The notes: a model not told the origin generated them from the sequence alone. 64,000 bases of DNA from Gemmatimonadales bacterium (GCA_038330215.1 JBBQNT010000001.1:1356-65355), one strand, 5' to 3'; counted from the first letter of the stretch, positions 1 through 9,645 are shown. A program made the numbers and translations.

Positions 1-2
1 GC

Positions 3-389
3 TCGGTGGGTCATCTGATCATGACCAGCATCCACGCTGAAAATCCCGAGGCAGCGTGTTCGCGACTGGCATCGATGGCAGGCCAGATACTGGGGCAAAG
101 TGTCGCCCAGGACATGCTGGCCTCCTCACTTCGTCTCGTTGTCTCGCAAACGCTGGAACGCAATCCGACGCCGACAAGCAAGTGGGATCGACGCATCATT
201 GACGGCGAGCTGCTCTGGTCGGACTCGTACTACACCAAGGCTGCCAATACGATCCGCAAAGGCGACTGGGCGCGGATCAATAACCTGGTCAAGGAACAGA
301 AGCAGCAGATGAACGAAGGACTGCGCATGAACACGGGAGCGTCCGAGATGATTACCAAGCTGAGCGTGCCGGAGGCCCAGACGCCATGA
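3..389 (+). CDS. PilT/GspE/DotB(VirB11)-family secretion or pilus ATPase, C-terminal fragment (5' end outside window)
   Basis: Frame is open to the window start. GHLIMTSIHAEN matches the His-box (GHLVxSTLHTN) of PilT/GspE-type hexameric ATPases. Stop overlaps the next start (ATGA at 386-389). Confidence 0.7.
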   Translation, partial: SVGHLIMTSIHAENPEAACSRLASMAGQILGQSVAQDMLASSLRLVVSQTLERNPTPTSKWDRRIIDGELLWSDSYYTKAANTIRKGDWARINNLVKEQKQQMNEGLRMNTGASEMITKLSVPEAQTP

Positions 390-1009
390 AACGCTTGAGC
401 GTCGCAGGCTTCACGCTTATGGAACTGCTGCTCGCGCTGATCGTCATCACTGCAATGACGGCGGCGACCTGGGTGTACATGCGCCCTGCCGATCATCAGA
501 GCAAAGTTGCGGCTTTCGTCATGGACCTCGATGCGCTGCGTGATCGCATCAAGGATCGTGGTGTTGCTGCAACCAACACGGTTCTTCCGTACACATCAAT
601 GTCGACGAGCACGCTCTACGGGTGGGGCATTGTTCCGGCATCCATGTCGAACGCCGATGTGAACCGGATGGACTCGCCTTGGGGAACGCGCGTGCTGGTG
701 TCGTACTGGTCATTGGTCAATGCCGCCGGCACCGCCCTCGACGTGGGGCAGGGGGCAGGATTCAATCTCCGCATCGAGATGCCTGACAGTCTCGCGGATC
801 GACAAGCAATGTGTGCACCGCTGGTGACCTTGCTCGCGCCGATTTTCCCTCAAATGAGCTACACCGCGATCGGCAGCATTGGGCAGCAGCCGCCGGGAAC
901 GATCGTGATCTCTGGCGACTTGCCCGCGACAGCGAGCCGCATGCCAACGATCGTCAGTACCGTCTGCGGACAAGTGAGCCAGTTCGTTCTGGTCGTCGCC
1001 GATGCTTAG
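386..1009 (+). CDS. type IV pilin-like protein (prepilin-type N-terminus)
   Basis: MKRLSVAG/FTLMELLLALIVITAM has a short leader, Gly, Phe+1, Glu+5 and a hydrophobic helix, i.e. a class III (prepilin peptidase) signal. Confidence 0.8.
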   Translation: MKRLSVAGFTLMELLLALIVITAMTAATWVYMRPADHQSKVAAFVMDLDALRDRIKDRGVAATNTVLPYTSMSTSTLYGWGIVPASMSNADVNRMDSPWGTRVLVSYWSLVNAAGTALDVGQGAGFNLRIEMPDSLADRQAMCAPLVTLLAPIFPQMSYTAIGSIGQQPPGTIVISGDLPATASRMPTIVSTVCGQVSQFVLVVADA

Positions 1010-1556
1010 GCGCCACCATGGAGGGTGGGCATTTATCGATGCGCTTCTGACTAGCGCAGTGGTAGCGACGTTTCTTGGGGGTTTGGTCTGGATGTCCGTC
1101 AAGCAGCAACGAGCCGCCAAGGTCGATGAGGTCGTAGGCACGGTGATGTCGATGGCTATGCATGGCGAACTTGCTGCGGCGATGTTCTCTGCCGACGATC
1201 AACCCTACACAGCCGGCGCGCTGTCGAACTTGGCGGCCATGCCATCCGAGTGGCGGGAAAACGCGACTCAGTTCCGAAATCCGCTCAGCAACGGGGACTT
1301 CAAGGGCTATCAGTCCGCAGCGGACGGTTACGTCTTCTGGTGGTCCGATGTTCCACGATGGGCATGCGTCGACTTGGTAACGCGAATTGCAAGTCTCGGC
1401 TTCGTATCAGTGAACGGGATTGATCTCAACAGAAGCAGTACTGAAGTCGGCAAACGAGTTGTCATCAGTACGACTACGCTCGCCCAAAGATGCAACATCA
1501 ATGCCGCCGGCGACGTGGCGACAATTATCCTCACCGGTCCAGCGCCACCCTTGTAA
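1002..1556 (+). CDS. minor pilin / pseudopilin-like protein (degenerate prepilin N-terminus)
   Basis: HHGG/WAFIDALLTSAVVATFLGGLVW resembles a pilin N-terminal helix. It overlaps the previous gene by 8 nt, suggesting translational coupling within the pilin cluster. Confidence 0.55.
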   Translation: MLRRHHGGWAFIDALLTSAVVATFLGGLVWMSVKQQRAAKVDEVVGTVMSMAMHGELAAAMFSADDQPYTAGALSNLAAMPSEWRENATQFRNPLSNGDFKGYQSAADGYVFWWSDVPRWACVDLVTRIASLGFVSVNGIDLNRSSTEVGKRVVISTTTLAQRCNINAAGDVATIILTGPAPPL

Positions 1557-1568
1557 TCAGGACACCTC

Positions 1569-2798
1569 ATGAAGAACACGACCCAGAACGGCTTTTCGTT
1601 GATCGAGATGCTTCTCGCCGCGGCACTGTTCAGCGTGCTGATTGGTGCCGCCATCATGTACAGCAATATGTCGATGCAAGACGCCAATCGCGACAAGCTC
1701 ATCAAGGAGCAAGCTCGCGAGATGGCACATGTCGCGAAAGGGCTGGAGCAGTACATGGTGGCCAACTCGAAGAATTGGACACTGGACTCGTTGCAAACAG
1801 TTTCGATCGACACGTTGATCACAGCGACTTTCCTTCCGCCGAGTTTTGCTCGGCGACCCGACATGTCGGGGACGACGTACAACGGCGTATCTCCGTTCGG
1901 CTCGCGATACAACATGTCGGCGATCGCTGCGCTCAAGGACGGAAAGCGCGTGCATCGTGGTGTGGTGTGGGAAACCGGTACGCCAATCGCCTGGGCGCGG
2001 TATGCGAAAATCGGGATCGCGCAAGGTTCTGAGCCGGTCAACAGTTCGGGTGCGAACAGCAAGCTCAATGCCGTGAAGATGGAGATTGCACGAGCGCTCA
2101 ATAGCCAACAGCAACACCCTGCACCCGGTATCGCGAACGTCGGAGCCGCGACTGCCCGTGGCGCCATGGGTTCATGGGTTCAGGATGTAGCCGCGTTTCT
2201 TGGCACTGGGGGGACCTTCGCGGTGCCCAGCGTGGTGATCCTCGCTGGCTGGCCGGAGTACGGCAGCGTGTTGCCGCCGACTACACAGGCCAACAACTTC
2301 GGCACATGCACCGTCCAGGCCGCCCATTGCGGAACTGGCGGCGACCTGTGTTTGTACCCGTCGTCGGTTCCCACGAACGGCGTGTGCCCCGCTGGACAGA
2401 TCGAGGTTAAGCGCTTCCCTCATTGTGGAAGCGTCGGAACCATCGTGAGTGTGCCTGAGGTGGGCAGCTCGCTAAGCTACGGACAAGAAGGCCATGTCCT
2501 CTCAGACGACCCAGTTACCGAGCCCGATCAAGCCCAGTGCATTTATGAGCGTCCGGGCAACCCATCATGGCAGGACTACTGTATCGGTCTACGGGACGAA
2601 ATAAATGGTGGGGAAGCCACGGACTATGCAAGCTATGGCACCGTACGGGTCAATGATACCCAGATGGCGTTCTATCAATGCTCGGCAACAACGTATCAAT
2701 ACACCACCGGCATAACGAGACCCAGCGTGTACGGTCCGGTGATCAAGGAAGGCCCATTCGGAAGGACGGACGTCTTGTGCTGTTTGCCGGGGAATTAA
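1569..2798 (+). CDS. large minor pilin / tip-adhesin-like protein (PilV-like)
   Basis: MKNTTQNG/FSLIEMLLAAALFSVLIG is a prepilin motif. The protein is 409 aa, with about 10 Cys concentrated in the C-terminal ~170 aa. Confidence 0.75.
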   Translation: MKNTTQNGFSLIEMLLAAALFSVLIGAAIMYSNMSMQDANRDKLIKEQAREMAHVAKGLEQYMVANSKNWTLDSLQTVSIDTLITATFLPPSFARRPDMSGTTYNGVSPFGSRYNMSAIAALKDGKRVHRGVVWETGTPIAWARYAKIGIAQGSEPVNSSGANSKLNAVKMEIARALNSQQQHPAPGIANVGAATARGAMGSWVQDVAAFLGTGGTFAVPSVVILAGWPEYGSVLPPTTQANNFGTCTVQAAHCGTGGDLCLYPSSVPTNGVCPAGQIEVKRFPHCGSVGTIVSVPEVGSSLSYGQEGHVLSDDPVTEPDQAQCIYERPGNPSWQDYCIGLRDEINGGEATDYASYGTVRVNDTQMAFYQCSATTYQYTTGITRPSVYGPVIKEGPFGRTDVLCCLPGN

Positions 2799-2828
2799 CC
2801 GTTCCTGAGGGCTTGAGAAGTCAGCCGC

Positions 2829-2886
2829 TTGACGCGGCAAGATTATGGCGTAGCATCGGCACTGGGTTCGCATTGCGAACCCAGTG
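2829..2886 (+). promoter_or_regulatory. putative sigma70-like promoter (TTGACG-16 nt-TAGCAT, 2829-2856) followed by a perfect 13-bp-arm inverted repeat (2860-2886)
   Basis: CACTGGGTTCGCA-t-TGCGAACCCAGTG read directly. It lies between the pilV-like stop (2798) and ATG 2908. Confidence 0.4.
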
Positions 2887-2907
2887 CGTCACTACTAAGG
2901 ATTCGGT

Positions 2908-3987
2908 ATGAAATATATTGCGAGGTTCCTGGTCACAATAGCTGCTGGCTTCTCTTCCAGCGCTAGCGCTCAACTTGTACTCAACGACTTTGAATTTGCC
3001 ATTCGACCCCAGGCCGGTGTGTATTACGACGCGACTCAATCAGGCACTGGCTTGACGGTTGACGTCATCCCGTTGTCGCCTACTAGTGACCTGTTTTTTG
3101 GAACGTATTACCACTATATGCCGGACGGTTCGGCGACTTGGATGAACTTTCAGAATCCCTTGGTGCAGGCGCCAAGAGCGGACTACCAATCGACGGGCAT
3201 CGCTGCCACCGTTCGAGGTAGCTGGCTACGCGCACAGGGTGGTCAGTGCTTCGACTGCGCATATCATTCGATCACAAGCGATTTCCCGCCGCTCGGTGAG
3301 CGGACGATCGAGATCATCGGCAGTCGGCACTTGCGAATGCCGCCATCGGGCAATGCGGCCGTCCGCAACATGAAGTTGGTCAAGGCGGTCACCCAAGGGA
3401 TCAACTTCAGCAAGGCGCTGCTTGAGAACGGCGCTGTGTGGTCCGTGAAGCAACGCTCTGTTAATTCACAGGGTGTAGCAGCGGTCAGCTCCGCAGGATG
3501 GCTCAAGTTTCGTAAGCGGCCCGTGACGGACGCGACGGCGATCTTCTCCACGTTGGCAGATCCCAATGCAGTCATTGGCATTCCTGCGCATGTGCAGGTA
3601 CCGGTCGGTGTGGCAAACACAGAACAGCAGTACGAAGCGACGTGTGTGCGTGAAGGTGGAACAGTCGGTGGATGCACAAGCTTTCTCTACGAGAGCACCT
3701 CGGACCCCTCAGGCAATAGAATCACCTTCTTTGTGGATCCAGCCACCGATCGGATCAGGATGTATGAGCGCTGTTTGAGTGGGTCCGGGGCTCCGTGCCC
3801 GACTCAAGTGGCAACGTATGTTCAGTCGGTTGGGGATGTCATTGAAGCGGGACCTGACGCGGGCGGTATGGAGCGGTTGGTAATCCGCGTGCTTGCGCCC
3901 TGGGCTGGCGGTTACGCTCGCGAGTACGAACTGACAAGGTTGTCACCGTCACACCTAGCAGAGGTGTTCCCGAACGGCGTGCCGTGA
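2908..3987 (+). CDS. exported protein of unknown function
   Basis: Signal-peptide-like MKYIARFLVTIAAGFSSSASA/QL; aagga SD-like sequence upstream; good GC3. Confidence 0.7.
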   Translation: MKYIARFLVTIAAGFSSSASAQLVLNDFEFAIRPQAGVYYDATQSGTGLTVDVIPLSPTSDLFFGTYYHYMPDGSATWMNFQNPLVQAPRADYQSTGIAATVRGSWLRAQGGQCFDCAYHSITSDFPPLGERTIEIIGSRHLRMPPSGNAAVRNMKLVKAVTQGINFSKALLENGAVWSVKQRSVNSQGVAAVSSAGWLKFRKRPVTDATAIFSTLADPNAVIGIPAHVQVPVGVANTEQQYEATCVREGGTVGGCTSFLYESTSDPSGNRITFFVDPATDRIRMYERCLSGSGAPCPTQVATYVQSVGDVIEAGPDAGGMERLVIRVLAPWAGGYAREYELTRLSPSHLAEVFPNGVP

Positions 3988-4247
3988 TGACGATGGCGAC
4001 TAACTCACCCGCTCCGACGCGGCCAACGACACTTCTAAAAAGGTGGGTTGCGGTCACCGGTGGCACAGACGCGGGCGCTCGACGCGTACTCGGAATTGCG
4101 CGAGCCACATGGAGCGCCTACGTCAACGAGCACAGGGTTGTTCCACTTTATGTGTTGAACAGCATAGAAGCGCACTTGGCGCTGCGCCAGGCAGCACCAA
4201 GTGCTTTTGACCGACTGCTTATGCAACGTGGCAAGAGGTCATCGTGA
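3984..4247 (+). CDS. small putative DNA-binding (HTH-like) protein
   Basis: 87 aa. The segment ARRVLGIARATWSAYVNEHRVVP looks like helix-turn-helix. 4-nt overlaps with both neighbours. Confidence 0.45.
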   Translation: MMTMATNSPAPTRPTTLLKRWVAVTGGTDAGARRVLGIARATWSAYVNEHRVVPLYVLNSIEAHLALRQAAPSAFDRLLMQRGKRSS

Positions 4248-4744
4248 AGGCAACGCTAAACCTGATCATTTTATGTTGTGGCGGCATGTTCAATCACGCT
4301 GTCGATGCCGCTGCGAGTGCGAGAGAGGTGCGGGAGTGGCGAAAGTGCGCTAAGGAAGCCGTGGCGTCGTTCGACGTTCCTCTCGTCGTTCTCACACTAA
4401 TTTATGAGATGGAGGGCGGGCGCCTCGGCGCGGAGACGCCGAACCTGGACAAAAACGGCACCGTGCAATCGCATGACATTGGACCCATGCAAATCAATTC
4501 CCAGCATCTGCCGGTGCTGTCGAAGTATGGAATAACGCGGTCGATGCTCCGCGATCAGATGTGCGTGAATGTCGGCGTCGCCGCATGGATGGTGCGAGGG
4601 CTCATGAACAAGCACGCTCGGGTAGCAGACGTCGTAGCTCGTTATCACTCTCCTACGCCGAAGCATCAAGCTACGTACTTGGCTCGTGCGACGAGCATTG
4701 TAGAACGACGCATGCGAGACCTTTCTGTGACGCCCGCCGAGTAG
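4244..4744 (+). CDS. lytic transglycosylase (SLT domain; VirB1 / R64 PilT-like)
   Basis: YEMEGG...SHDIGPMQINSQHL gives a catalytic Glu plus the G-x-MQI(N) motif. N-terminal signal-like segment. Confidence 0.8.
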   Translation: MKATLNLIILCCGGMFNHAVDAAASAREVREWRKCAKEAVASFDVPLVVLTLIYEMEGGRLGAETPNLDKNGTVQSHDIGPMQINSQHLPVLSKYGITRSMLRDQMCVNVGVAAWMVRGLMNKHARVADVVARYHSPTPKHQATYLARATSIVERRMRDLSVTPAE

Positions 4745-4799
4745 CTACCGGTCGAGGAGCGCTTGACGGTCTTCGCAGTCCCACCACCACGACCTGGGG

Positions 4800-7322
4800 C
4801 TAGATCTCGTCGGGGTTGATGCCGATATCGGCCATCGTTCTTCTCATCGCCTGCAGCACCGCGTCGGCGGGATTGGTAACGCGCAAGGCCTCGATCGCGG
4901 CGTCGCTCGGGTAGGCCGACACCACTGAGTCCACGACGTGCACGAGCTGCTCACGCTCGGGCGAATCATCACCGAGCAACTCATCGAATGAAACGTAGGG
5001 TGGCATGTCGTCGAACGGCTCGTCACTGCGATCGGGGATCTCGATCGACATGCCGAACAACGCACGTAGATCTTGAGCGAACTCATCGTACCCAGGTGCA
5101 TCTCGACTATCTCGGATGACCGGGACTTCGTCGAAGTTGATCTCCTCCTCAGTCGGCCGCACATCCGCGGCTTCGAGATCATCGGCAGGAAGGGCGTCGA
5201 AAAAGCCCTTGGCGCTCGCGGCGGATCTCGTCGACGCCGGCGAAACGCCGCCGGCGTCGAACACAGGCAGTGCCGAAGCATCGGGCCACTCGGGAGCAGC
5301 TGCAGCTGCTCCGCGTTCCACCGAACTCGGTGCTGGCACAACGGGCAAGGTCGGGAAGTAATTGTCGCTGACTAGGTTCGCTGCAGGGCGCGGCTTGGCA
5401 ACGCCCGGAGGAACAGGAGGTGCAATCGGTGATGGGGCGTCAGCGACTGCAGGCTGCTCCTGCAGCGCCGCATTGGCATGATCGTCGACGACGACGGCGA
5501 GCTTCTCGCCGACGCGCAGGTATCGATTGACCTGCAGGTAGGGTGTCGGTGTCGGGTTAGCGTAGAACGTGCGTACGCGAATCAACTCACCGCCGAACAC
5601 GATGTGAAATTCACCTTCTGTCTGAGCTTGGAGGTCGGTGAAGTCGGCCCGCTTCATCTTCTCGATGCTGGCCTGCAGCGTGTCGCTGTATCCGCCCACC
5701 AAGCTGTCAGGTTTGATCGCGAATCCGCTGGTCGCCGTGACCTTTGCTTCACCGACCAAGGCTTCCAGACGCTGGTAGCTTTCGTTGTCGGATAGTCGGC
5801 CGAAATACTTGATGTTCGCGTTGCCCCAAATTTCGTCGGCTTCGCTCTCCGAACCTCGTTTGATCGAGGCCCACGTCTGTCCGGCCCAGATGACACTGAA
5901 GCCACCGAGCAGGCTTCGGGCCTGCGCCGCAATCACGGCAAAGCCTGGCGAGCTTTGGTAGCCGGCTTCGTCGAGGATGATCTTGTTTGGAATCTTCGCG
6001 CCAGCGGTGAGCGTGTCGACCACTTCGCGCTTGGACCCCTCGATCTTGCTTCCCAGCCCTGCAGAGACTGCATCGCGAATCGCCGAGAGGTTGATCTTGC
6101 CGAGGTTCTGCAGCTCGGACAGCGACTTCTCGGTTGCCGGCAACATGATCACGAGCACGCGGCGATTGCGCACTACGTCACCGTAGTCGACCTCGCCGAG
6201 GACGCCGAAAAATATGTGGCCGTAGGTGTCAGTCAGCGACGACAAAGCGCGGGTGAAGTACATCTGCGAAAAGCCGTGCTGTCGACCGGCTTCTTCGTGA
6301 ATAGCTTCCAGCTTCGGTTTGCCGTCGGCATCGCGCACTACATCGCCCTGGCGATTGGTCTGCACGCGATCTTGAGGCGGCTTCCAGTTCGGCAACGACT
6401 TCATGTACGCCATCAGCGAATTCTTCGCAGTCTCGGTTCGAAGCCGAGTATCGAAAGCCAAGGATTCCAGACGCTCGATCGGCAGATAGTCCCGAAGTGT
6501 CGAAACGCCAAGATCGATGTGGCCACCATCACGAAGGTCGACAAGCCCATACAGCACCGCAGTCATCATCGTCAGCGCTCGTTCGCCGAAGACCGCGTTG
6601 TCGCCCTCGGGAGACGGAATCAACGACGACATGATCTGCACGAGCGAGTCCGCGGATCCGGACGCCAACGGATTGGCCGTGTTGGTCAACCGATCGCCGG
6701 ATCCGCTCGCGGCAACCGATCGATTGCCGGTCATGTAATTGATCAGCAGAAAATCGTCCTCGCGTCCCATTCGACGACAGATACCAGCAATGTCGAACGC
6801 GAGCGACGGCGACGCCTTCGCGTCCGAGTAGATCAGACCACCTCCGATACCGATGTAGTTCGCGGACTCTCCAGTTAGGCACACCGACTTGCCCGATCCC
6901 GTAGTGGCGAGCATCAGGCCGTGTGTGCAGGCGTCGTCTCGCGTCATCCAGACTTCCTGGTTTCCGAGTTCCCAGGCGTTGCCGACATAGATGAGGCCTC
7001 TGGCGTCGTGGAAGCCACGTCGGCCGGGCAACGGAGAGTTCAGGTCCTTGATGCCGGCGGAAAAGGGAAGGCGGAGCGGCAGATGTCGATGACGGGTATG
7101 GGACAGGTGGATCCACAACACCAGGCCGATCATCAGCGGTGATACATGCACCAGGGCGGGAACAAAAAAAATGACTATCGCCATGACCACCAGAATCACG
7201 GCAGTAGTCAGAGGATCGGCAAGACCGTCCTTAAGCAGCTCTGAAAGGCGGCGCGTGTCGCGCCGAAAGTTGGCGCTGCGCTCATCCGCGTTGCGCACGC
7301 CTCGAACGCGGGGATTCGCCAT
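4800..7322 (-). CDS. type IV secretion coupling protein (T4CP), DotL/IcmO/TrbC-like
   Basis: Two N-terminal TM helices; Walker A GLMLATTGSGKSV; Walker B-like KIILDEAG; long acidic, Pro/Ala-rich C-terminal tail; 840 aa. Confidence 0.8.
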   Translation of the reverse strand: MANPRVRGVRNADERSANFRRDTRRLSELLKDGLADPLTTAVILVVMAIVIFFVPALVHVSPLMIGLVLWIHLSHTRHRHLPLRLPFSAGIKDLNSPLPGRRGFHDARGLIYVGNAWELGNQEVWMTRDDACTHGLMLATTGSGKSVCLTGESANYIGIGGGLIYSDAKASPSLAFDIAGICRRMGREDDFLLINYMTGNRSVAASGSGDRLTNTANPLASGSADSLVQIMSSLIPSPEGDNAVFGERALTMMTAVLYGLVDLRDGGHIDLGVSTLRDYLPIERLESLAFDTRLRTETAKNSLMAYMKSLPNWKPPQDRVQTNRQGDVVRDADGKPKLEAIHEEAGRQHGFSQMYFTRALSSLTDTYGHIFFGVLGEVDYGDVVRNRRVLVIMLPATEKSLSELQNLGKINLSAIRDAVSAGLGSKIEGSKREVVDTLTAGAKIPNKIILDEAGYQSSPGFAVIAAQARSLLGGFSVIWAGQTWASIKRGSESEADEIWGNANIKYFGRLSDNESYQRLEALVGEAKVTATSGFAIKPDSLVGGYSDTLQASIEKMKRADFTDLQAQTEGEFHIVFGGELIRVRTFYANPTPTPYLQVNRYLRVGEKLAVVVDDHANAALQEQPAVADAPSPIAPPVPPGVAKPRPAANLVSDNYFPTLPVVPAPSSVERGAAAAAPEWPDASALPVFDAGGVSPASTRSAASAKGFFDALPADDLEAADVRPTEEEINFDEVPVIRDSRDAPGYDEFAQDLRALFGMSIEIPDRSDEPFDDMPPYVSFDELLGDDSPEREQLVHVVDSVVSAYPSDAAIEALRVTNPADAVLQAMRRTMADIGINPDEI

Positions 7323-7341
7323 GGCGAGAAGTCAGCTCAAT

Positions 7342-7599
7342 TCAAAGTGCGACAGGAACTGCGGCCGGATCCATCACGGCCGAATAGCAACCAGGTCGAG
7401 CCAGAAGCCAAGACCGGATCCGTGCGAGTGCATCAGGATCCAACGCGATCTCGCCAGGGCCAAGCGACTGCGAGAGTTCATCGTATTTTTCGGTCCGATC
7501 GATCACCGAGAACGCCTTAATCGGGCTGAATAAGCCACCATCGGCATCGCGCGCACTTTGAAGCTCGGCATCGGTAGAGAGCCACTCGATGGGGGTCAT
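7342..7599 (-). CDS. hypothetical protein (85 aa), immediately upstream of the T4CP gene
   Basis: Same strand, 19-nt gap to the T4CP start, plausible composition. No recognisable motif. Confidence 0.5.
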   Translation of the reverse strand: MTPIEWLSTDAELQSARDADGGLFSPIKAFSVIDRTEKYDELSQSLGPGEIALDPDALARIRSWLLARPGCYSAVMDPAAVPVAL

Positions 7600-7605
7600 A
7601 TCAAC

Positions 7606-7640
7606 TTGATCCTTGTGCGTATTCCAGCTATGTTACACAA
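7606..7640 (+). promoter_or_regulatory. putative promoter TTGATC(7606-7611)-17 nt-TATGTT(7629-7634) overlapped by operator-like inverted repeat GTGCGTA-N12-TACACAA (7615-7640)
   Basis: Read directly in the 59-bp divergent intergenic region. Belongs to the 26-bp IR family described in the findings. Confidence 0.5.
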
Positions 7641-7658
7641 AAATCGGCAGCACAGCCA

Positions 7659-8096
7659 ATGGCAAGTTCGATCTTACTCCGAAACCAGCTGTTCACCGGC
7701 GAGGTCGACGGCCACACCATCAGCCTCTTCTTGGAAGAGGCTGAGTCTGGTCTTCATCCCGTCGCGAAAGCGATCCGCCAAGGATCCGGGCGCCGCTTGT
7801 TCGAGCGCCTGATGCAGGCCATGGTCGAGCAACCGCATGATGTCATTACCAGCATGCGCCGCAACCTTGATCGCCCGGCTACCCTGTTTGCCTGTCTTCC
7901 GGCCGACGAGATGTTTGAGCTTTTTGCTGCGATCGAAGAAGTGGATCCAGGCCTCCTTCAGGCTGCGGTGGAGCAAGCGCCTGGCGCAATACGTGTGGTA
8001 GCGAACGAGCGTTTCAGCTTCCTCGGGGCGATGCACAAGCTCTGTACGTTGTTGACGTTTTGCCAGCGATCCCCGAAACATCAACCTTCAATGTAA
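7659..8096 (+). CDS. hypothetical protein (145 aa, acidic, helical)
   Basis: Preceded by the promoter-like site. It ends 12 nt before the next + gene, which has a GGAG SD. The competing antisense ORF was rejected (see rejected list). Confidence 0.5.
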   Translation: MASSILLRNQLFTGEVDGHTISLFLEEAESGLHPVAKAIRQGSGRRLFERLMQAMVEQPHDVITSMRRNLDRPATLFACLPADEMFELFAAIEEVDPGLLQAAVEQAPGAIRVVANERFSFLGAMHKLCTLLTFCQRSPKHQPSM

Positions 8097-8108
8097 GCGG
8101 AGTTCCCC

Positions 8109-8555
8109 ATGTTCATCCGATGGCGCTGTGTGCTGCTCACCCTCTTGATCGCCGTCACGCCTGCTTGGGCTCAGGAGTATCCGAACGAAGGCGACCGCTG
8201 CCAAGAAATCACGACGATGAGCAACGACGTCTTCGGACTCGTCATCGATGCCAACAAGGCGCGCATCAAAGCTTTCATCCGACCCTCAGCGAAGCTTTTC
8301 AAAGCGGATTGCCTGCGTACGATCGTTACTCGTCTCGGTGGCTTTCGGCATCTGATGAGTTTTCTCAACGGAAGCGGCTCCTTGTGGACGCGCCTTCCCG
8401 ACATCGGTGCGCTGCTTTGCAATGCTGTCATCGAAAATCTTCCGGACAATTGGAATGGCGACGCTGGTGCGCCGGTTCCACTGATCGACATCCTGTCCGC
8501 TCCAGCAGTTGCGCCATCTCGGCAACGTATGGCGATCGTGCGGGGAGTGGCGTGA
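8109..8555 (+). CDS. exported protein (148 aa), unknown function
   Basis: Signal peptide MFIRWRCVLLTLLIAVTPAWA/QE; gcggag SD about 8 nt upstream. Confidence 0.65.
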   Translation: MFIRWRCVLLTLLIAVTPAWAQEYPNEGDRCQEITTMSNDVFGLVIDANKARIKAFIRPSAKLFKADCLRTIVTRLGGFRHLMSFLNGSGSLWTRLPDIGALLCNAVIENLPDNWNGDAGAPVPLIDILSAPAVAPSRQRMAIVRGVA

Positions 8556-9637
8556 TGCGCCTCACTCGGTTCGGGCGGTGCATGGTTGGCTCCACCGTGC
8601 TCCTGATCGCCACATTGACCAGCGCGCCCCGGCCCGCGAAAGCGACGGTCGGAGAGGATGCGGCGTTGATCATTGCGTTCCTGCAGGGCACGTTCACCAC
8701 GGTCTCTCAGGCGTTCTTTCAGAACTTGATTCAAGAGCAGTTGCTGGGCAAGGGAAACACGGCGGTCGTAGAGCAGATCGCTGCCGACACCGTGGGCGTG
8801 CAGCAGGCGCTGCAGCATCATGTGTCGGCGACAGTCGAAGCAATGACCCGCCAGACCACTGAGCAGGTGAATGATTTCACGCGTCGCGAATTCGGTGCAC
8901 TTGGCCACGTGCAGATCGGTGGACGATTGGTGAACATCGGATCAAACGCGCCATCTGCATGCCGGCGGACGCAGGACGCGAAGGTGCTCGAACGTGGCGG
9001 CGTCAACCTCGCTTCTACCCAACGGGACATCACGGACACGTCGGCCGCCTACAACTCACGCTTTCAGTCCCAGGTCGCTCAAACCGGTGCCATGAGCACC
9101 GACCGCCGTCGCTATGGCGACAAGGTGTTCGCGCTCGACTGGTTGCAGGACGTGTCGATCGAGACTGACCAGGACAGCTACGACCGCGCGAAACGCTCGA
9201 TCGCCTACGCCACCTACACCACACCGCTGCCCATGCCGCCCACCACGCAGACGGCATCCGGCGCCGAGTATTCGTCACGCCTCGCGCAGCACCGTGAAGC
9301 AGTGAAGCTGCCGCAATCCGTCCTGGCTCGTCAGCTCGCCCTGCGTCGGCCGATAACGGGCGACGAACGCGGCCGTAGCTACATCGAGATCATCACTGAT
9401 TGGGGACGCCAAGCTGCAGAGGACGCGATCAAGCCGGCAGCGATGCAGGTCAAGACCCAGGCAGGAATCGAGCGCGAGAACACGCTTCTGCTGAACTCGC
9501 TCGTCGCGATGCAGGCCGAGTCGATCAAAGCCCAACACGACACCAATGCGCTGCTCGCGGTGATCGCGGCACGTGAGCTTGACGGCCGGTCGAAAGAACT
9601 GCGCGACGAATACGCCGGGACGATCTCGGCTGACTAG
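8555..9637 (+). CDS. exported or membrane-anchored protein (~360 aa), unknown function; possible transfer-apparatus component
   Basis: Internal ATG of track ORF 8060..9637 overlaps the upstream stop (TGATG). N-terminus MRLTRFGRCMVGSTVLLIATLTSAPRPAKA is signal-like. Confidence 0.6.
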   Translation: MRLTRFGRCMVGSTVLLIATLTSAPRPAKATVGEDAALIIAFLQGTFTTVSQAFFQNLIQEQLLGKGNTAVVEQIAADTVGVQQALQHHVSATVEAMTRQTTEQVNDFTRREFGALGHVQIGGRLVNIGSNAPSACRRTQDAKVLERGGVNLASTQRDITDTSAAYNSRFQSQVAQTGAMSTDRRRYGDKVFALDWLQDVSIETDQDSYDRAKRSIAYATYTTPLPMPPTTQTASGAEYSSRLAQHREAVKLPQSVLARQLALRRPITGDERGRSYIEIITDWGRQAAEDAIKPAAMQVKTQAGIERENTLLLNSLVAMQAESIKAQHDTNALLAVIAARELDGRSKELRDEYAGTISAD

Positions 9638-9645
9638 CCCGATTG

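Noticed and set aside
7674-8084. 136-aa minus-strand ORF antisense to ORF 7659-8096, which could extend the T4CP operon upstream
   Set aside because: Its TTG/ATG start would lie only 24 bp from the next + gene (8109), leaving no room for divergent promoters. The + ORF is preceded by a good TTGATC-17-TATGTT promoter and is spaced 12 nt from the downstream + gene. GC3 does not clearly discriminate the two, so residual doubt remains.
8060-8554. N-terminal 165 codons of track ORF 8060-9637
   Set aside because: This part overlaps the signal-peptide gene 8109-8555 in another frame and is Arg/His/Cys-rich. The internal ATG at 8555 overlaps the upstream stop and yields a signal-like N-terminus.
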